Positions 48,891 to 60,589 are shown, numbered from the whole stretch's first letter. The stretch: DNA of 61,461 nucleotides, filler included, from Candidatus Nezhaarchaeota archaeon WYZ-LMO8 (GCA_004347965.1; 7 parts of 7 records of this genome joined end to end with filler, not necessarily neighbours in it); one strand, 5' to 3'. Notes: generated by a model not told the origin, from the letters alone. Program-made: numbers and translations.

Positions 48891-51782
48891 TTGGCAAATA
48901 AAGTTGCCTTCACCTTACTGATCCTGACCTTAGCCTTGACCTTCTTAGTTATACCTATCTACACTCTTGCTCAATCTTCAAGTAACTTTGAAATTAAGTC
49001 GATGACCTTCAAATCGTCTGCTGGAACAGATGTTTATCCAGGAAGTAGGAAAGCTTACTTGAGGGTGGATGTGCAGTACAATGGCTCATCAAGCATACAC
49101 TCGGTTGCTGGACTTTTAAGTCCGCCAGCTGGAGTAACGGCCAGCTATGGCTACGGTCTAACTTCACCTGCTAGAGACCTCAACGGCACAGTTAAGGCTG
49201 TAGTGGAGTCAGGCGACGTTTTCTACTTTGAATTCTACTTGGATGTTGACAAGAATGTGAAACCTGGAAGTTATTCGGCGTCTTTATCCATAAGTTATAA
49301 AAGCGAGGCTTCTCAATACTCTGAGAGTTACACTATTGAGATAACGATAGCTGATTATCCAGAGCTTAGCTTCATAGCAATTGAAGTTTCCTGGAGCCCT
49401 GGAGCCTATCCAGGAACTACAGACACAGCACTAAGAGTTATCATCAGGAACGTTGGTCAATCCGACTTGAGGAGTGCCATCTGTAGGCTCGAGCTTCCAG
49501 AGGGTATGAAGCCTAGGAGCTCAACCACTCAAATCGGATATATGGCCGTCGGAGACCAAGTAACGCTACAGTTCACTGGTATAGATATTAGCGAAAACGT
49601 GAATCCAGGTGGATATAGTGCAATTTTAGTCGTGGACGGAGTTGCTCAAACACCCGACGGTGTTACCTATAATGCTTCAACGAACATACCCTTAACCGTG
49701 GAGGTTAACGCTATAACCAGCGACCTCTACGTGCTTGAGCCATTCTCAATACAATGGGGGGAAGCGAGGCCAACACCTTCGTATCCAGGGTCAAGGTACA
49801 TAGCCCTAACGGTAACCTTCGTTAACATTGGTGAGTATGCTGCAATTAGCTTAATGACTAGAGCGTCATCTCAGTTCTTAAACCCAATAAAGCCCGAAGA
49901 TGTCTACTCCGCTAGCATATATCCTGGAGGCTCTTGTAGCTTAACGTTCTACTTCGATGTGAGAGAGGAAGCTCCTCAAAACTTTAGCGTGATTCTAAGC
50001 TTGGAGTACTGGGTTGACATAGGTGGAGGCACGTTAGTAAAGATACGCTCGCAGAGGAACATGCGGACGTACGTGGAAGGTTACGTGGGAACTGACACCT
50101 TTGGACTTCATGTAGTTTCAGCTGGCTGGCTCAACAACTACAACGTGTTTCCAAACACCGAAAACGCGACATACCAAGTTGTCGTGGCCAATAGACTTCC
50201 ATTTCAGTTAAGAGGCATAAAGGCGTCTCTCACATTACCACAAGGGCTTAGAAGCGACGATGGAGGCTCCATTGCAACTGCTTACGTTAGCGGCCCAATC
50301 ACTAGCTACTCAACAGCAGCACTATCCTTTAGAATCTCAGTTGGTGCTGTTAATCCAGGAGCCTACAAAGCGACCTTGACACTGGATTACGTAGCTGAAT
50401 CTGGAGGTCCTGGGATAAGGAGGATTGAGAATCACGAAGTAAAGATAATAATTGTAAGCGACTTAGAAGCCGTAGAGCTAATTAGCGCTAGCTGGCTTGG
50501 ATCAGCAGCCGAGCCTGGAACTTACGGTTTGGTCCTTAGGGTTGATGTGAGGAACAACTACGTGGACTCCATGAGCGGTATAATCTTAGAGTTAGATCTA
50601 CCACAAGGCTTCTCCTTCGCTATAGATAACTCATCAAGGGTTAAGGTAGCTCCCTCATCACCTGAGCTAATACAAATAGCCCGGCAATTGTCCCCTCAAA
50701 ACCTACAAACTCTAATATCCATGATAGGTCCTATAGCTTCATCACCATCATCTCCACAGCAATATCCTCGAGGAGCTGCGTTATCGTTCCTAGTACCATT
50801 GAACGTCCTAGTCAACTCTACTGGGACTTACGTGGCTATAGGCAATGTAAGCTACGTGGATTCCTGGGGTTGCGTCAGGAAGTGTCGAATTGAAGTACCG
50901 ATTGTGGTCATTGGCTCGACTAAGTACATAGACGTCAAGATTCTAGGCTTAGTTAGCGTGAAGAGTAGGTACACCGAAGCTATGCTTGTACTACGTAATT
51001 TAGGCAGCTCACCCGTTTATAATGTCTACGTAACTATTAGGTCAGCTCAAAGCATCACACCACTCCAGGCCGCTACGAGCACCCCACTACTGATTGCTAC
51101 GCCATCCACCATCTACATCGACATTATGGATCCGAGGGTTGAAACCGAGATTCCAGTAACCTTTGCATTCAATCCCGTGGGCTATCAAAGCTTAACTGGT
51201 GCGACTACGGTAATGAACTACGGCGTGGTCCCTCTAACGATTTCGATCTCCTACAAGGACGCGAACGGCTACTCACATAGCTTTGAAACAACTGTGACTA
51301 TTGCCTTGGAGCCATTCATAGACATAGTTGCGAGAGATCTTAGAGCTGAAGCATCTCAGGGAACTCTCGACGTTAGTGGTACTTTGATAAACTATGGCTC
51401 AGCTACAGCATATAGGGTTGAAGTGAAGGCTTACGCTGGAGGTACTTCGGCAAGCTCCTTCATAGGGGACATAGACCCAGGCTCTCAAGCGGTCTTCAGG
51501 GTTAGGCTGAGATCCTCAGAGTTTGTGGATGAAATAGCTAAATTGACGATATGCTACTACAACATCTTCAACGAGTATTATCAGCGAGAGCTCAACGTCT
51601 CCATTATCCAACTCCAACCTAAAGTGGAGGAGAAAGCTGCAGGTGAATTTTTACAAATCTCGTTCTTTGGTTTGCTAACAATAGTGTTGGTCGCACTATT
51701 CCTTGTGCTAGTAGGTTTTCTCATATACAGGCTCTATAGGTCTCACATGCGCAAGCTTCGTAGTGAGGTAATTCCTCAATGA
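48891..51782 (+). CDS. COG1361-like (S-layer family) multi-Ig membrane-anchored protein
   Basis: Signal peptide, repeated beta-rich YPG..N.G modules, C-terminal TM; lies between ABC ATPase and permease. Confidence 0.8.
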   Translation: MANKVAFTLLILTLALTFLVIPIYTLAQSSSNFEIKSMTFKSSAGTDVYPGSRKAYLRVDVQYNGSSSIHSVAGLLSPPAGVTASYGYGLTSPARDLNGTVKAVVESGDVFYFEFYLDVDKNVKPGSYSASLSISYKSEASQYSESYTIEITIADYPELSFIAIEVSWSPGAYPGTTDTALRVIIRNVGQSDLRSAICRLELPEGMKPRSSTTQIGYMAVGDQVTLQFTGIDISENVNPGGYSAILVVDGVAQTPDGVTYNASTNIPLTVEVNAITSDLYVLEPFSIQWGEARPTPSYPGSRYIALTVTFVNIGEYAAISLMTRASSQFLNPIKPEDVYSASIYPGGSCSLTFYFDVREEAPQNFSVILSLEYWVDIGGGTLVKIRSQRNMRTYVEGYVGTDTFGLHVVSAGWLNNYNVFPNTENATYQVVVANRLPFQLRGIKASLTLPQGLRSDDGGSIATAYVSGPITSYSTAALSFRISVGAVNPGAYKATLTLDYVAESGGPGIRRIENHEVKIIIVSDLEAVELISASWLGSAAEPGTYGLVLRVDVRNNYVDSMSGIILELDLPQGFSFAIDNSSRVKVAPSSPELIQIARQLSPQNLQTLISMIGPIASSPSSPQQYPRGAALSFLVPLNVLVNSTGTYVAIGNVSYVDSWGCVRKCRIEVPIVVIGSTKYIDVKILGLVSVKSRYTEAMLVLRNLGSSPVYNVYVTIRSAQSITPLQAATSTPLLIATPSTIYIDIMDPRVETEIPVTFAFNPVGYQSLTGATTVMNYGVVPLTISISYKDANGYSHSFETTVTIALEPFIDIVARDLRAEASQGTLDVSGTLINYGSATAYRVEVKAYAGGTSASSFIGDIDPGSQAVFRVRLRSSEFVDEIAKLTICYYNIFNEYYQRELNVSIIQLQPKVEEKAAGEFLQISFFGLLTIVLVALFLVLVGFLIYRLYRSHMRKLRSEVIPQ

Positions 51783-53011
51783 GCCTTTCAGTTATGACCT
51801 TTATTGCAGATGCCTTTAAACTTGCCTTTAAGGTATTAAAGGAGAGGAAGCTTAGAGCAACATTAACGCTCTTAGGAATAATGATAGGTCCTCTCGTTAT
51901 GATAATGATGGGCTCAGTGGTTGCTGGCTACTCAAGTTATATAGTCAACCAAATAGCTTTATTGGGGCAGAACGCCGTCGTCATTTATCCTTCATCAGAT
52001 TACAAGCTTACACACGAAGACCTCAATTACATAAAATCGTTTACCTACGTTGATGAAGCTGAACCATTCTATGTATCTCAAGGAGTTATTAAAAGAGGCG
52101 TGGAGAATGTTCAAGTTTATGTCTATGCAGTCAAGATACCGCTAATTTTGAGGTCCATAGGTGGCTTAGAGGTAGTGGAAGGAGAGTTACCGATGGAAGG
52201 CGATGTCGTTAGTGCTCTTGTGGGCTATAAGGTGGCATTCGATGGTCAGGGAAACATGCTATACAAGGTAGGTGACGTGATAACCATAACTGTTAGCGAA
52301 GTCAAGGGTGGGCGCATAACGAAAACTAGGAGCATTAACGTGGTAGTTATAGGCATCCTTAACGAGTATGGAGGAGCCTTGCTTTTCAGCCCAGATCAAA
52401 CAATATTCTTAAACAGCGAAGCTGGAACTAAGTTGCTAAACATCAGGGATTGGTCTGGAATATTTGTGCTACTAAGAGATCCCATCTACGTCAACGAATT
52501 CACGACAACGCTTCGAGAAACCTATGGCGACAAACTTACTGTGATAGCATTTGGCGCAATAGCGAAGATAGCGTCCAGCATAGCCTCAGCAGTAACATTC
52601 ATAAACTTTACAACTTCACTCTCAGCCTTAGCTGTTGCAGTTGCAGGAATAACTGCGACTATGGTTACATCAGTCATCGAGAGAACTAGGGAGATAGGGG
52701 TCATGAAAGCGGTAGGCTTCACAAATGTTCAAGTTGTGCTAATGATCTTAGCGGAATCACTTGCAATGAGCTTGCTAGGCGGCTCGGTGGGAATGATCCT
52801 TGGAGTTGTTGGAGCCTATATGCTTGCATCACGAGGCCTTGAAATTGCTGGTGAAACAACATCTATAATAGTGAGAGCGCAACCTGCACTTACCCCAGAT
52901 CTCTTCTTACTGACCTCAGGGTTAACGGTCCTGGTAGGCATAATTGGAGGGCTTTTACCAGCTTACATGGCATCTAAGATACCGCCAGCCGTTGCTTTAC
53001 GTTACGAATAA
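51779..53011 (+). CDS. FtsX/MacB-type ABC permease
   Basis: RATLTLLGIMIG, SVIERTREIGVMKAVG, PAYMASKIPPAVALRYE. Confidence 0.93.
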   Translation: MSLSVMTFIADAFKLAFKVLKERKLRATLTLLGIMIGPLVMIMMGSVVAGYSSYIVNQIALLGQNAVVIYPSSDYKLTHEDLNYIKSFTYVDEAEPFYVSQGVIKRGVENVQVYVYAVKIPLILRSIGGLEVVEGELPMEGDVVSALVGYKVAFDGQGNMLYKVGDVITITVSEVKGGRITKTRSINVVVIGILNEYGGALLFSPDQTIFLNSEAGTKLLNIRDWSGIFVLLRDPIYVNEFTTTLRETYGDKLTVIAFGAIAKIASSIASAVTFINFTTSLSALAVAVAGITATMVTSVIERTREIGVMKAVGFTNVQVVLMILAESLAMSLLGGSVGMILGVVGAYMLASRGLEIAGETTSIIVRAQPALTPDLFLLTSGLTVLVGIIGGLLPAYMASKIPPAVALRYE

Positions 53012-53038
53012 GCCCTCACCATCGTATTATGATCAAAA

Positions 53039-53685
53039 TCAAAAAGCTCTAAGATTAACCTTAATCGGAGGACTATAGGAGGCAGTCTCGCAGCCTAACA
53101 TGACCTCTCGAGCAAAGCCTAGAGGTCCTGAGGATATTGCCTTAATTTCTGAGAAGAAGCTGCGTGCATCAATAGCAAAGTAGTTTACTTTAACTGGATC
53201 CCTCAGCTCCCCCTTAATTAACAAGAAGGTTGCGTCAGGTTCTATTGCAAGCAGCTCATTGACCAAGTACACTCGTTTAACTCCATGAACTAAGAAGCCA
53301 AGCTTCGTCTCCTCTACGATTTCCTTAAGGCTCCAATCTCCAGGGCACACAATTATATTGCTGTGTAGAGGCTCGGGGGGACAGCAAATCCCCTTCCATT
53401 ACCCGTAGGCTCGACACCATGTACATAGGCAGTCTCTCTATTATGCAAGAGGGAGACAAGCCTTCCATCTTCTATTAGCTTCTTGCGCCTAGCCTTGACC
53501 CCCTCGTCGTCGAAGAAGAAGTTTCCATACCCACCCTCAATAGTCGGATCGTCGAGTATCGTTAGGTTACTGTAGCCATCCTTTAAATGCCACCTCCAGC
53601 TTCTTGCATTTAAAAACTCTTCAACGATCACTTGCATGACGTGAGAAGCCGCCTTCGGTGATAGAACCACTTCGAACCTCGATCC
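53039..53685 (-). pseudogene. TldD/PmbA-family C-terminal region with a frameshift in a C6 run
   Basis: TILDDPT, FFDDEGV, LIEDG, PTGNGR; continues in another frame as PEPLHSNIIVCPGDW. Confidence 0.7.
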
Positions 53686-53785
53686 NNNNNNNNNNNNNNN
53701 NNNNNNNNNNNNNNNNNNNNNNNNNNNNNTTAATTAATTAANNNNNNNNNNNNNNNNNNNNNNNNNNNNNNNNNNNNNNNNNNNN
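53686..53785. other. Artificial contig spacer
   Basis: N44-TTAATTAATTAA-N44. Confidence 0.99.
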
Positions 53786-56253
53786 AAGAGATCGAAGTAC
53801 CAGAACGCATCAGGAAGTACAAAGAGAAGATACTATCGACCCCACTTCAAACAGATATTGAAAGGATGTTATGGTATACTCGAGTGTATAAGGCTACTGA
53901 AGGGCAGTCAATAGGTTCATGTATGCGTGCTGCATTAGCATTTCGCGAAACAGTTAGAAACATGAAGATCCGAATCGAAGAAGAAGAGTTGATAGTTGGA
54001 TGCTGGGCTGGAAAGAGGGGGGCAATACCATTAGCTATAGAAATATTCGGTCCCTACCATAGAGAAATCATTATGCCAATACTCTATAGACACCAGCCAG
54101 AGAAAATAAAGGAGGACTTCCCCGATGGTATAGCAAGCCTCTCTTCAAGGTGCTTAATGGAGTTAGCCACATCTCTATCTGATGAAGAGTATAAGCTCTT
54201 AATTACAGAGATAATTCCATACTGGAGAGAAAGGTCTCTTTATGCAATTTTACAGAAGAAGTTTGCTGAAGAGGGGCTGCAAGGAGAAGCCGTAAAGCTT
54301 CCCGATGAGTTCGTTCAGAGATACAAATTCTTGTGGCAAGCTCCATATGACTTAGATTTTGTAGCAGCAGTTACACCAATGCAGGGCCACATAACCATCG
54401 GTATGAAGAAAGTACTTGACTTAGGGTTTAAGGGAATAGCTCGTCAAGCTAAAGAGCGACTGGATGATTTGAGGAAGAGCTTGCCTGAAGATAGTGAGGA
54501 ACTTCAGAAAGCTAAGGACTTCTTAGAGGCTGTTATGGTCTCCTGCGAGGCTGTGTGCGAGTTTGCTGAGAGGTTCGCTAAGTTAGCTGAAGAGATGGCT
54601 TCACAAACACAGAGTGAAGAAAGGAGAAGAGAGCTTCTAGAGATAGCTGAGAGGGTGAGGAGAGTACCTGCTGAACCTCCAAGAAGCTTCATAGAGGCTA
54701 TCCAAGCAATATGGTTCACTCAAGTAGTCATGGCTATTGCTTATGGTGGAGAGCAAATCATAGCTCCAGGCAGGGTAGATCAATACCTCTACCCCTACTA
54801 TAAGCAGGACTTAGAGAAGGGCTTGATAACACCTGGAGAAGCAATAGAACTGCTCATGGAGTACTTAATAAAGACAGCTCAAGACATATACTTCGGGCCA
54901 AACAACATAACGATAGGTGGAGTTGATAGAGAAGGAAATTGTGCTGTAAATGATGTTAGCTACCTCTTCTTAGAGGCCTTCAAGCGATTAAGAGGTTGTG
55001 GTCGCGCAGGACTAGCTGTAAGAATAGCTCCTAATACTCCTCGAGAATTTATACGTAAAGCTGCAGAGACTTATCGTGTTACAGCAGGAATAGCCTTCTA
55101 CAACGATCCTGTAGTTATTAGAGGGCTTGTAGCTGACGGCTATCAAATAGAAGATGCTAGAGACTACTCAATAGTTGGATGCGTAGAGCCGACGGGGACT
55201 GGAAATAATAATGGCTATACATCAGGACAAGCTATCCGGCTACCCTCTATAGTAGAACTCACATTGTATGGTGGGCGCTTAAGCCTACTTGGCTGGAAGC
55301 AGGTGGGGCCTAAGACTTCAACTGAGTTTGAAACTTTTGAGGATGTTCTGCAAGCATTTGAGAAGCAATTGGATTTTGCTATTGATCTATGTGTAAGGAA
55401 ATCGTACATAAAGGACATGCTGATTGCAGAGTACTTCCCATGCCCACTTCTCTCTGCAACTATTGAGGGTTGCATAGAGTCTGCAAAGGACTTTACGAGT
55501 GGTGGAGCTAAGTACAATCACTCCAATGTTAGTGCTCAGTCTATAGCAAGTGTAGCTAACTCACTTGCAGCCGTAAAGTGGGTGGTCTTCGATAGAAAAC
55601 TTGTTTCAATGAATGAGCTGCTTGAAGCGCTCAAAAACAACTTTGAAGGTCGTGAAGAACTTAGGCAAATTTTGCTTAAAGCTCCAAAGTATGGGAATGA
55701 CGATCCATACGTTGACGAGATAGCTCTGTGGGTTGCAAAGCTTCTAGACAAAAAAGCAAGAGATAGACGATGCTGGATGGGCGGACCACATAGGACTTGT
55801 CTGATATCGGTGTCTGGCAGCCAGATCCTAGAGGGAAGGTTGATTGGTGCTACACCGGACGGAAGACTTGCACATTCACCAGTCTCCATAGGGATTAACC
55901 CGACTGAAGGAACGGCTAAAAATGGCCTTACTGCGACGTTAAAGTCGGCAGCTCTCGTTTCAAAGGCCAATCAAAGTGATGGTACATCTCTGACATTAAA
56001 TCTAAACCCAGCTTCAATTAAGAGCGAGGAGGGTCTTGATAAGCTCGTCTCTCTAATTGAGGCAGCGTTTAAGCTTGGATTGCGACACTTACAATTTAAC
56101 CCAATAAGCAAAGAGATACTACTTGATGCGCAGAAGCACCCAGAAAAGTACCCAGATCTAGTAGTCAAGGTGTCAGGGTACTCCTTCAGGTTTGTCGACC
56201 TACCGAAAATACTGCAAGACGAGATCATAGCACGTTTAGAATACGAAACATAG
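53786..56253 (+). CDS. Glycyl radical enzyme, PFL2/eliminase-like (start lost in gap)
   Basis: GRVDQYLYPYY, single-Cys loop VGCVEP, APKYGNDD, ATPDGR, Gly loop LVVKVSGYS. Confidence 0.93.
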
Positions 56254-56356
56254 CCCATAACCTTACCCTTTTTCTTTATTAGTTAAACGGAAGGTTATTG
56301 ATTTAGGTATTTGAAGAGCAAGGCGGAAGTCTGATAGAGCATAATACAGATGTAAG

Positions 56357-57307
56357 GTGATTAAGTTGCTGAGACAATGCGCTGAGAGAGGATTGGTATT
56401 TAATATTCAAAGGCATTGTACAGAGGATGGTCCGGGAATTAGGACCACAGTGTTCTTAAAGGGTTGTGTAATGAAGTGCCCTTGGTGTCAGAACCCTGAA
56501 GGCATTAAACCTTATCCTGAGATAGTATGGTATGACGTATATTGTATTAAAGATGGAAAGTGCGTTAAGGCTTGTACGAAGGGGGCTTTAGAGCTCACCG
56601 ATAAAGGAGTTGAAATAAATAGGACCAAGTGCGATATTTGCGGAGCATGTGTTAATGCTTGTCCAGCAGGGGCATTAGAGGTTATAGGAAGGTATTATAC
56701 AGTGAATGAGCTTGTACCTGAACTACTCAAAGACAAGGTCTTTTATGATGTATCAGGTGGAGGAGTTACCTTATCTGGCGGTGAACCTGCAATGCAGCAT
56801 GCCTTCTCTACTGCTTTAGTGCAGGAACTTAAAAGGGTAGGCATACACTCAGCAATTGAGACAGGATTGGGGGTAAAGTGGGAAAATCTGAGACCCTTAG
56901 TAGAAGCCGTAGACCTAGTGATAATGGATATAAAGTTAATGGATGAGAGAAAGCACTTGGAATGCACAGGAGTAGACTTAAACCTCGTGTTAACAAATGC
57001 TAAGAAAATATCAGAAATGGGTAAACCCATTTGGATTAGGACCCCAGTCATCCCTAGGTATACGAATTACGAGGATAACATTAGAGCCATTGCTCGCTTC
57101 ATCTATGAAAAATTATCTAACGTTGAGAGGTATGAGCTAATAGCTTTCAATAAAGCTTGCGTTAAGAAGTACGAGAGATTTGGGATTAAGTGGATACTTG
57201 CAGATGAGGAGCTTTTAACCGAAAGCCGAATGGAAGAGCTGGTTAAAGTAGCAAAGGAAGAAGGGTTAACAGCTGTTTGCTGGTCTGGCATCGCTAAGAG
57301 GAAGTAA
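56357..57307 (+). CDS. Glycyl-radical enzyme activase (radical SAM with ferredoxin insert)
   Basis: DGPGIRTTVFLKGCVMKCPWCQNPE; CDICGACVNACP; GGVTLSGGEP. Confidence 0.94.
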   Translation: MIKLLRQCAERGLVFNIQRHCTEDGPGIRTTVFLKGCVMKCPWCQNPEGIKPYPEIVWYDVYCIKDGKCVKACTKGALELTDKGVEINRTKCDICGACVNACPAGALEVIGRYYTVNELVPELLKDKVFYDVSGGGVTLSGGEPAMQHAFSTALVQELKRVGIHSAIETGLGVKWENLRPLVEAVDLVIMDIKLMDERKHLECTGVDLNLVLTNAKKISEMGKPIWIRTPVIPRYTNYEDNIRAIARFIYEKLSNVERYELIAFNKACVKKYERFGIKWILADEELLTESRMEELVKVAKEEGLTAVCWSGIAKRK

Positions 57308-57689
57308 ACACAATATTTAAAGAAACTGAAGAAAAACACTTCTTCTGACTACCTTAACTGCTTTGCCAGGCTATTGCTATTCCGCCATTAAAGTTTACTT
57401 AAAATCACAGCGAGGAAACTGGTTGCAGGTATGTTTGTGCGGTGAAGCGATGTTAAAAAGCTCATTCATATAAGCTTAGGCGAGTTCCAGTAAGAGGGTC
57501 ATGTTTACGTACGAGCAGTTAAGTTAAGCAATGTCTAATCTCGTTCATCTTTGATCTTGAAACAACTTAATACTAATACATTTTCAGTGATCTTATTTTA
57601 CGACAGCCATTGGTTTAGATAGCTTCCTACCGATGCGACGAGATACCCCATTTACTCTCCTCAAGCTTATTCGTAAAGCAAACCCTTCG

Positions 57690-57885
57690 CAAGCTAGCTC
57701 AACTAGTCTCTAAATTAGTACTTTGATCTTCCCTCTAAGTCTATGTAGAGGGGGTTTCATTGTCCACTATGCTTATGATGCCTTTGGGTGCTATGTTGGC
57801 TTATCTTCTTCATCTGCTACCGCGATAAAGGCTAGTTGATGTTTTCGTATAAGTTCCTTCATTTCTGAAGTTAATTTAGCAATAA
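57690..57885 (-). pseudogene. Remnant of a pyridoxamine 5'-phosphate oxidase-family gene
   Basis: AKLTSEMKELIRKHQLAFIAVADEEDKP, frameshift, then NIAPKGIISIVDNET. Confidence 0.55.
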
Positions 57886-58031
57886 CATGATCAACTGTAC
57901 ATAGTAACATGCAGTAAGCTTATGTTTTGCAGAAAGAGTCCTTAGACGTCTTTTGTATACGAAAGCTTCCTCAAGATAATGATAATTAGAAACTTTGATT
58001 AAAGACGTTGAAACTTTTCGATGATTATAGG

Positions 58032-58757
58032 TTATAAACCCAGATAGGATGATCTTACAACATCGTTCTTTAGCAACTCTTCACGTGTTCCCTCAGCTAC
58101 TATTTTACCACTTGAAAGTACGTAGCTTCTATCAGAGATAGATAAAGCTAGTCTAGCATCTTGCTCAGCTAATAGTATGCTCACTCCCTCTTGCTTGCTA
58201 AGCTGCTTAAGTTTCTCAAAGACTGTCTTCCTAACTAGCGGAGCAAGCCCAGCTGAGGGCTCATCAATGCATAGGAGCTTAGGCTTCGCCATCAAAGCCA
58301 TCGCAATTGTAAGCATCTGTTGTTCTCCACCTGAGAGAGTTCCCGCTACTTGTTTTGCGCGAGATTTCAGTATTGGGAATAAGTTGAAGACTGTCTCTAA
58401 ATTGCGTTTAAACTCCTCCTTACTACGACATAAGAAGCCTCCGACACGAAGATTTTCGATGACGGTCATTTCTCGAAAAGGTCTCTTGCCAGGGCACAGT
58501 ATCAATCCTCGACGGGCAATCTCTTCAGCCGTTAAGTTATCAATCTGCTCGTCTCTAAAGCGTATCTCACCCGATAAGCGTACTATTTTGCTATGGGTGT
58601 ACTTCAAGATCCCGGAAATGGCGGATAGCAATGTGGTCTTACCTGCACCATTTGGACCTAACACACCCACTACTTCGCCTTCACCAACATATAGGTTAAT
58701 CTTTTCTAATATTACTGCAGGACCAAAACACACTATCAAGTCTTTAACCTGCAACAT
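58032..58757 (-). CDS. livF: Branched-chain amino acid-type ABC ATPase (LivF-like)
   Basis: GPNGAGKTT, LSGGEQQML, DEPSAGLAP, EQD, SYLG. Confidence 0.88.
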   Translation of the reverse strand: MLQVKDLIVCFGPAVILEKINLYVGEGEVVGVLGPNGAGKTTLLSAISGILKYTHSKIVRLSGEIRFRDEQIDNLTAEEIARRGLILCPGKRPFREMTVIENLRVGGFLCRSKEEFKRNLETVFNLFPILKSRAKQVAGTLSGGEQQMLTIAMALMAKPKLLCIDEPSAGLAPLVRKTVFEKLKQLSKQEGVSILLAEQDARLALSISDRSYVLSSGKIVAEGTREELLKNDVVRSSYLGL

Positions 58758-58759
58758 GA

Positions 58760-59500
58760 TTAGACCTCCTCCCCTCCAAGGTAAGCTTCGATAACCCTTT
58801 TATCTTTCACAACTTCTTCTGGTTTACCGTCAGCGATTACTTCACCAAAATTAAGAACTATTACTCTATCGACTATCCTCATCAGCTCTGAAAGTTTGTG
58901 TTCTATCACTATTATGCTCATCCTCCTTGAGCTACCTCGACATAAAGCCTTTATCGCCTCAGATAACTCTTGGATCTCAGTTAAAGTAAGGCCAGCAAAG
59001 GGTTCATCGAGAATTAATAGCTTCGGCTCGGTGGCCAAAGCCCTAGCAATCTCCAGGCGTTTCAAGTCGGCATAAGTCAGCATAAAGGGATAAGCCCGAG
59101 CAAAGTATGATAGCCCAACAAGCTCTAATGCTTTCAAAGCCTTTCTCTCAACCTCTTCTATCTTGCTCCCTTTAAAGCCATACTTACTTAGAGCTGCAGC
59201 CATAACGCTCGAAATTATGGGTAAGGCCTTAATGGGCTTGGGTATTTGAAAAGTACCGCAAATCCCTCGTTTGACAACTTCCCAAGGTTTTAAGTGCGTG
59301 ATGTCCTCGTCCTCAAAGAGGATTCGTCCTGAATCAGGGCTCAATAGCTTCAAGATTACGCGTGCTAGTGTAGTCTTTCCTGCACCATTTGGACCAATTA
59401 AGCCTACAATCTCTCCTTCTCTTATGCTAAAGCTCACGCCCTTTAATGCAACAACTCCTCCGAACCTCTTCGTTAATCCTTCAACTTCCAGTAACTTCAT
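58760..59500 (-). CDS. livG: Branched-chain amino acid-type ABC ATPase (LivG-like)
   Basis: KRFGGVVAL, GPNGAGKTT, LEIARALA, IEH, VIEAYLG. Confidence 0.88.
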   Translation of the reverse strand: MKLLEVEGLTKRFGGVVALKGVSFSIREGEIVGLIGPNGAGKTTLARVILKLLSPDSGRILFEDEDITHLKPWEVVKRGICGTFQIPKPIKALPIISSVMAAALSKYGFKGSKIEEVERKALKALELVGLSYFARAYPFMLTYADLKRLEIARALATEPKLLILDEPFAGLTLTEIQELSEAIKALCRGSSRRMSIIVIEHKLSELMRIVDRVIVLNFGEVIADGKPEEVVKDKRVIEAYLGGEEV

Positions 59501-59593
59501 ATAAATCCCTCGTAGCTAGTAATCTTAATGAAGATAGCGTTAGATATAAAGCTGGAACATCTACCTGGTTCAGCATAACGGATTTCACCTAGT

Positions 59594-60589
59594 TCACCTC
59601 ATATGCTCAAGTTTAATGCCCTTAAGTCTCAAGACTAGCAACCGTCCAACTCCAAACTCCCCTCTAGGAATGAAAACTACTAAGAGCAATAGAGCATAAG
59701 GCACGTACTCTGCAAATGCTCCGATGTACCCTCTTGCTAGCGAGGTAGGGACATCTAGAAGTATTGTGCCTATTATTGGTCCATAGACTGTTCCAGCCCC
59801 TCCGATTGCACACCAGATTATAGGTAGGAATGATATGAGGAACGACGTGACCACTGGGCTTACTGTTCGAACTACATGTACATACAGAGAACCTGAAAAG
59901 CCAGCTAATAACCCAGTTAGTAGGAAAGCAAGTACTTTATATAAATGAGTGTTTATACCTGATGCTTTAGCAACATCTTCGTCTTCCCTAATTATTTGAA
60001 AGAAAAGTCCCATTTTTGAAGAAGCTATTCTCCAAACGAATATTGAGGAAAGTAGGAGGGATACTAACGCCACGTAGTATTCAAGTACTATGTCTCTAAC
60101 TCCCAAAAGTGGAGGGGCGAGTATTCCCTCCATGCCACCAGCTATCTCTCGAGGTAGAGCATTAACAATAATTGCTGAAAGAATCATTGGTAAGGCTAAA
60201 GTGGCTAATCCTAAGTAAGAGCGCTGTAACCTCAAAGAAATGAGACCTGGAATAATTCCTGAGATCATACCTAGTAGAGATCCTATCACTATTGAAAACC
60301 AAACTGGAAAACCAAATGTTGCGCTTGTGATAGCTGAAGTGTACCCTCCGATACCAAACATGAAAGCTACTCCTAAGTTAAGTTGACCAGCATAGCCAGA
60401 AGCGATGTTCCAGCTCAAGGCTAATATAGCGTAAATGAAGGTTATAGTGAAGGTTCTAGTAATGTGAAGTGGAAGGAGATACGGCATTATGAGAGCTATA
60501 ATCATGCAGCTCAGCAAGGCTATGGTCGTTGGTTGATTAAACAAGTCTTTTGACAGGTATTTACGTCGAGAGTTTAGTGTGCTCATCAT
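59594..60589 (-). CDS. livM: Branched-chain amino acid-type ABC permease (LivM-like)
   Basis: SWNIASGYAGQLNLG, YLGLATLA, IREDEDVA, GGAGTVYGP. Confidence 0.87.
   Translation of the reverse strand: MMSTLNSRRKYLSKDLFNQPTTIALLSCMIIALIMPYLLPLHITRTFTITFIYAILALSWNIASGYAGQLNLGVAFMFGIGGYTSAITSATFGFPVWFSIVIGSLLGMISGIIPGLISLRLQRSYLGLATLALPMILSAIIVNALPREIAGGMEGILAPPLLGVRDIVLEYYVALVSLLLSSIFVWRIASSKMGLFFQIIREDEDVAKASGINTHLYKVLAFLLTGLLAGFSGSLYVHVVRTVSPVVTSFLISFLPIIWCAIGGAGTVYGPIIGTILLDVPTSLARGYIGAFAEYVPYALLLLVVFIPRGEFGVGRLLVLRLKGIKLEHMR

Noticed and set aside
9483..53785. Six TTAATTAATTAA motifs flanked by N runs at roughly 9-kb spacing
   Set aside because: Artificial linkers; complete contig lengths fall monotonically (9352, 9085, 8473, 8402, 8391 bp), so spacing and cross-gap gene neighbourhoods are artefacts
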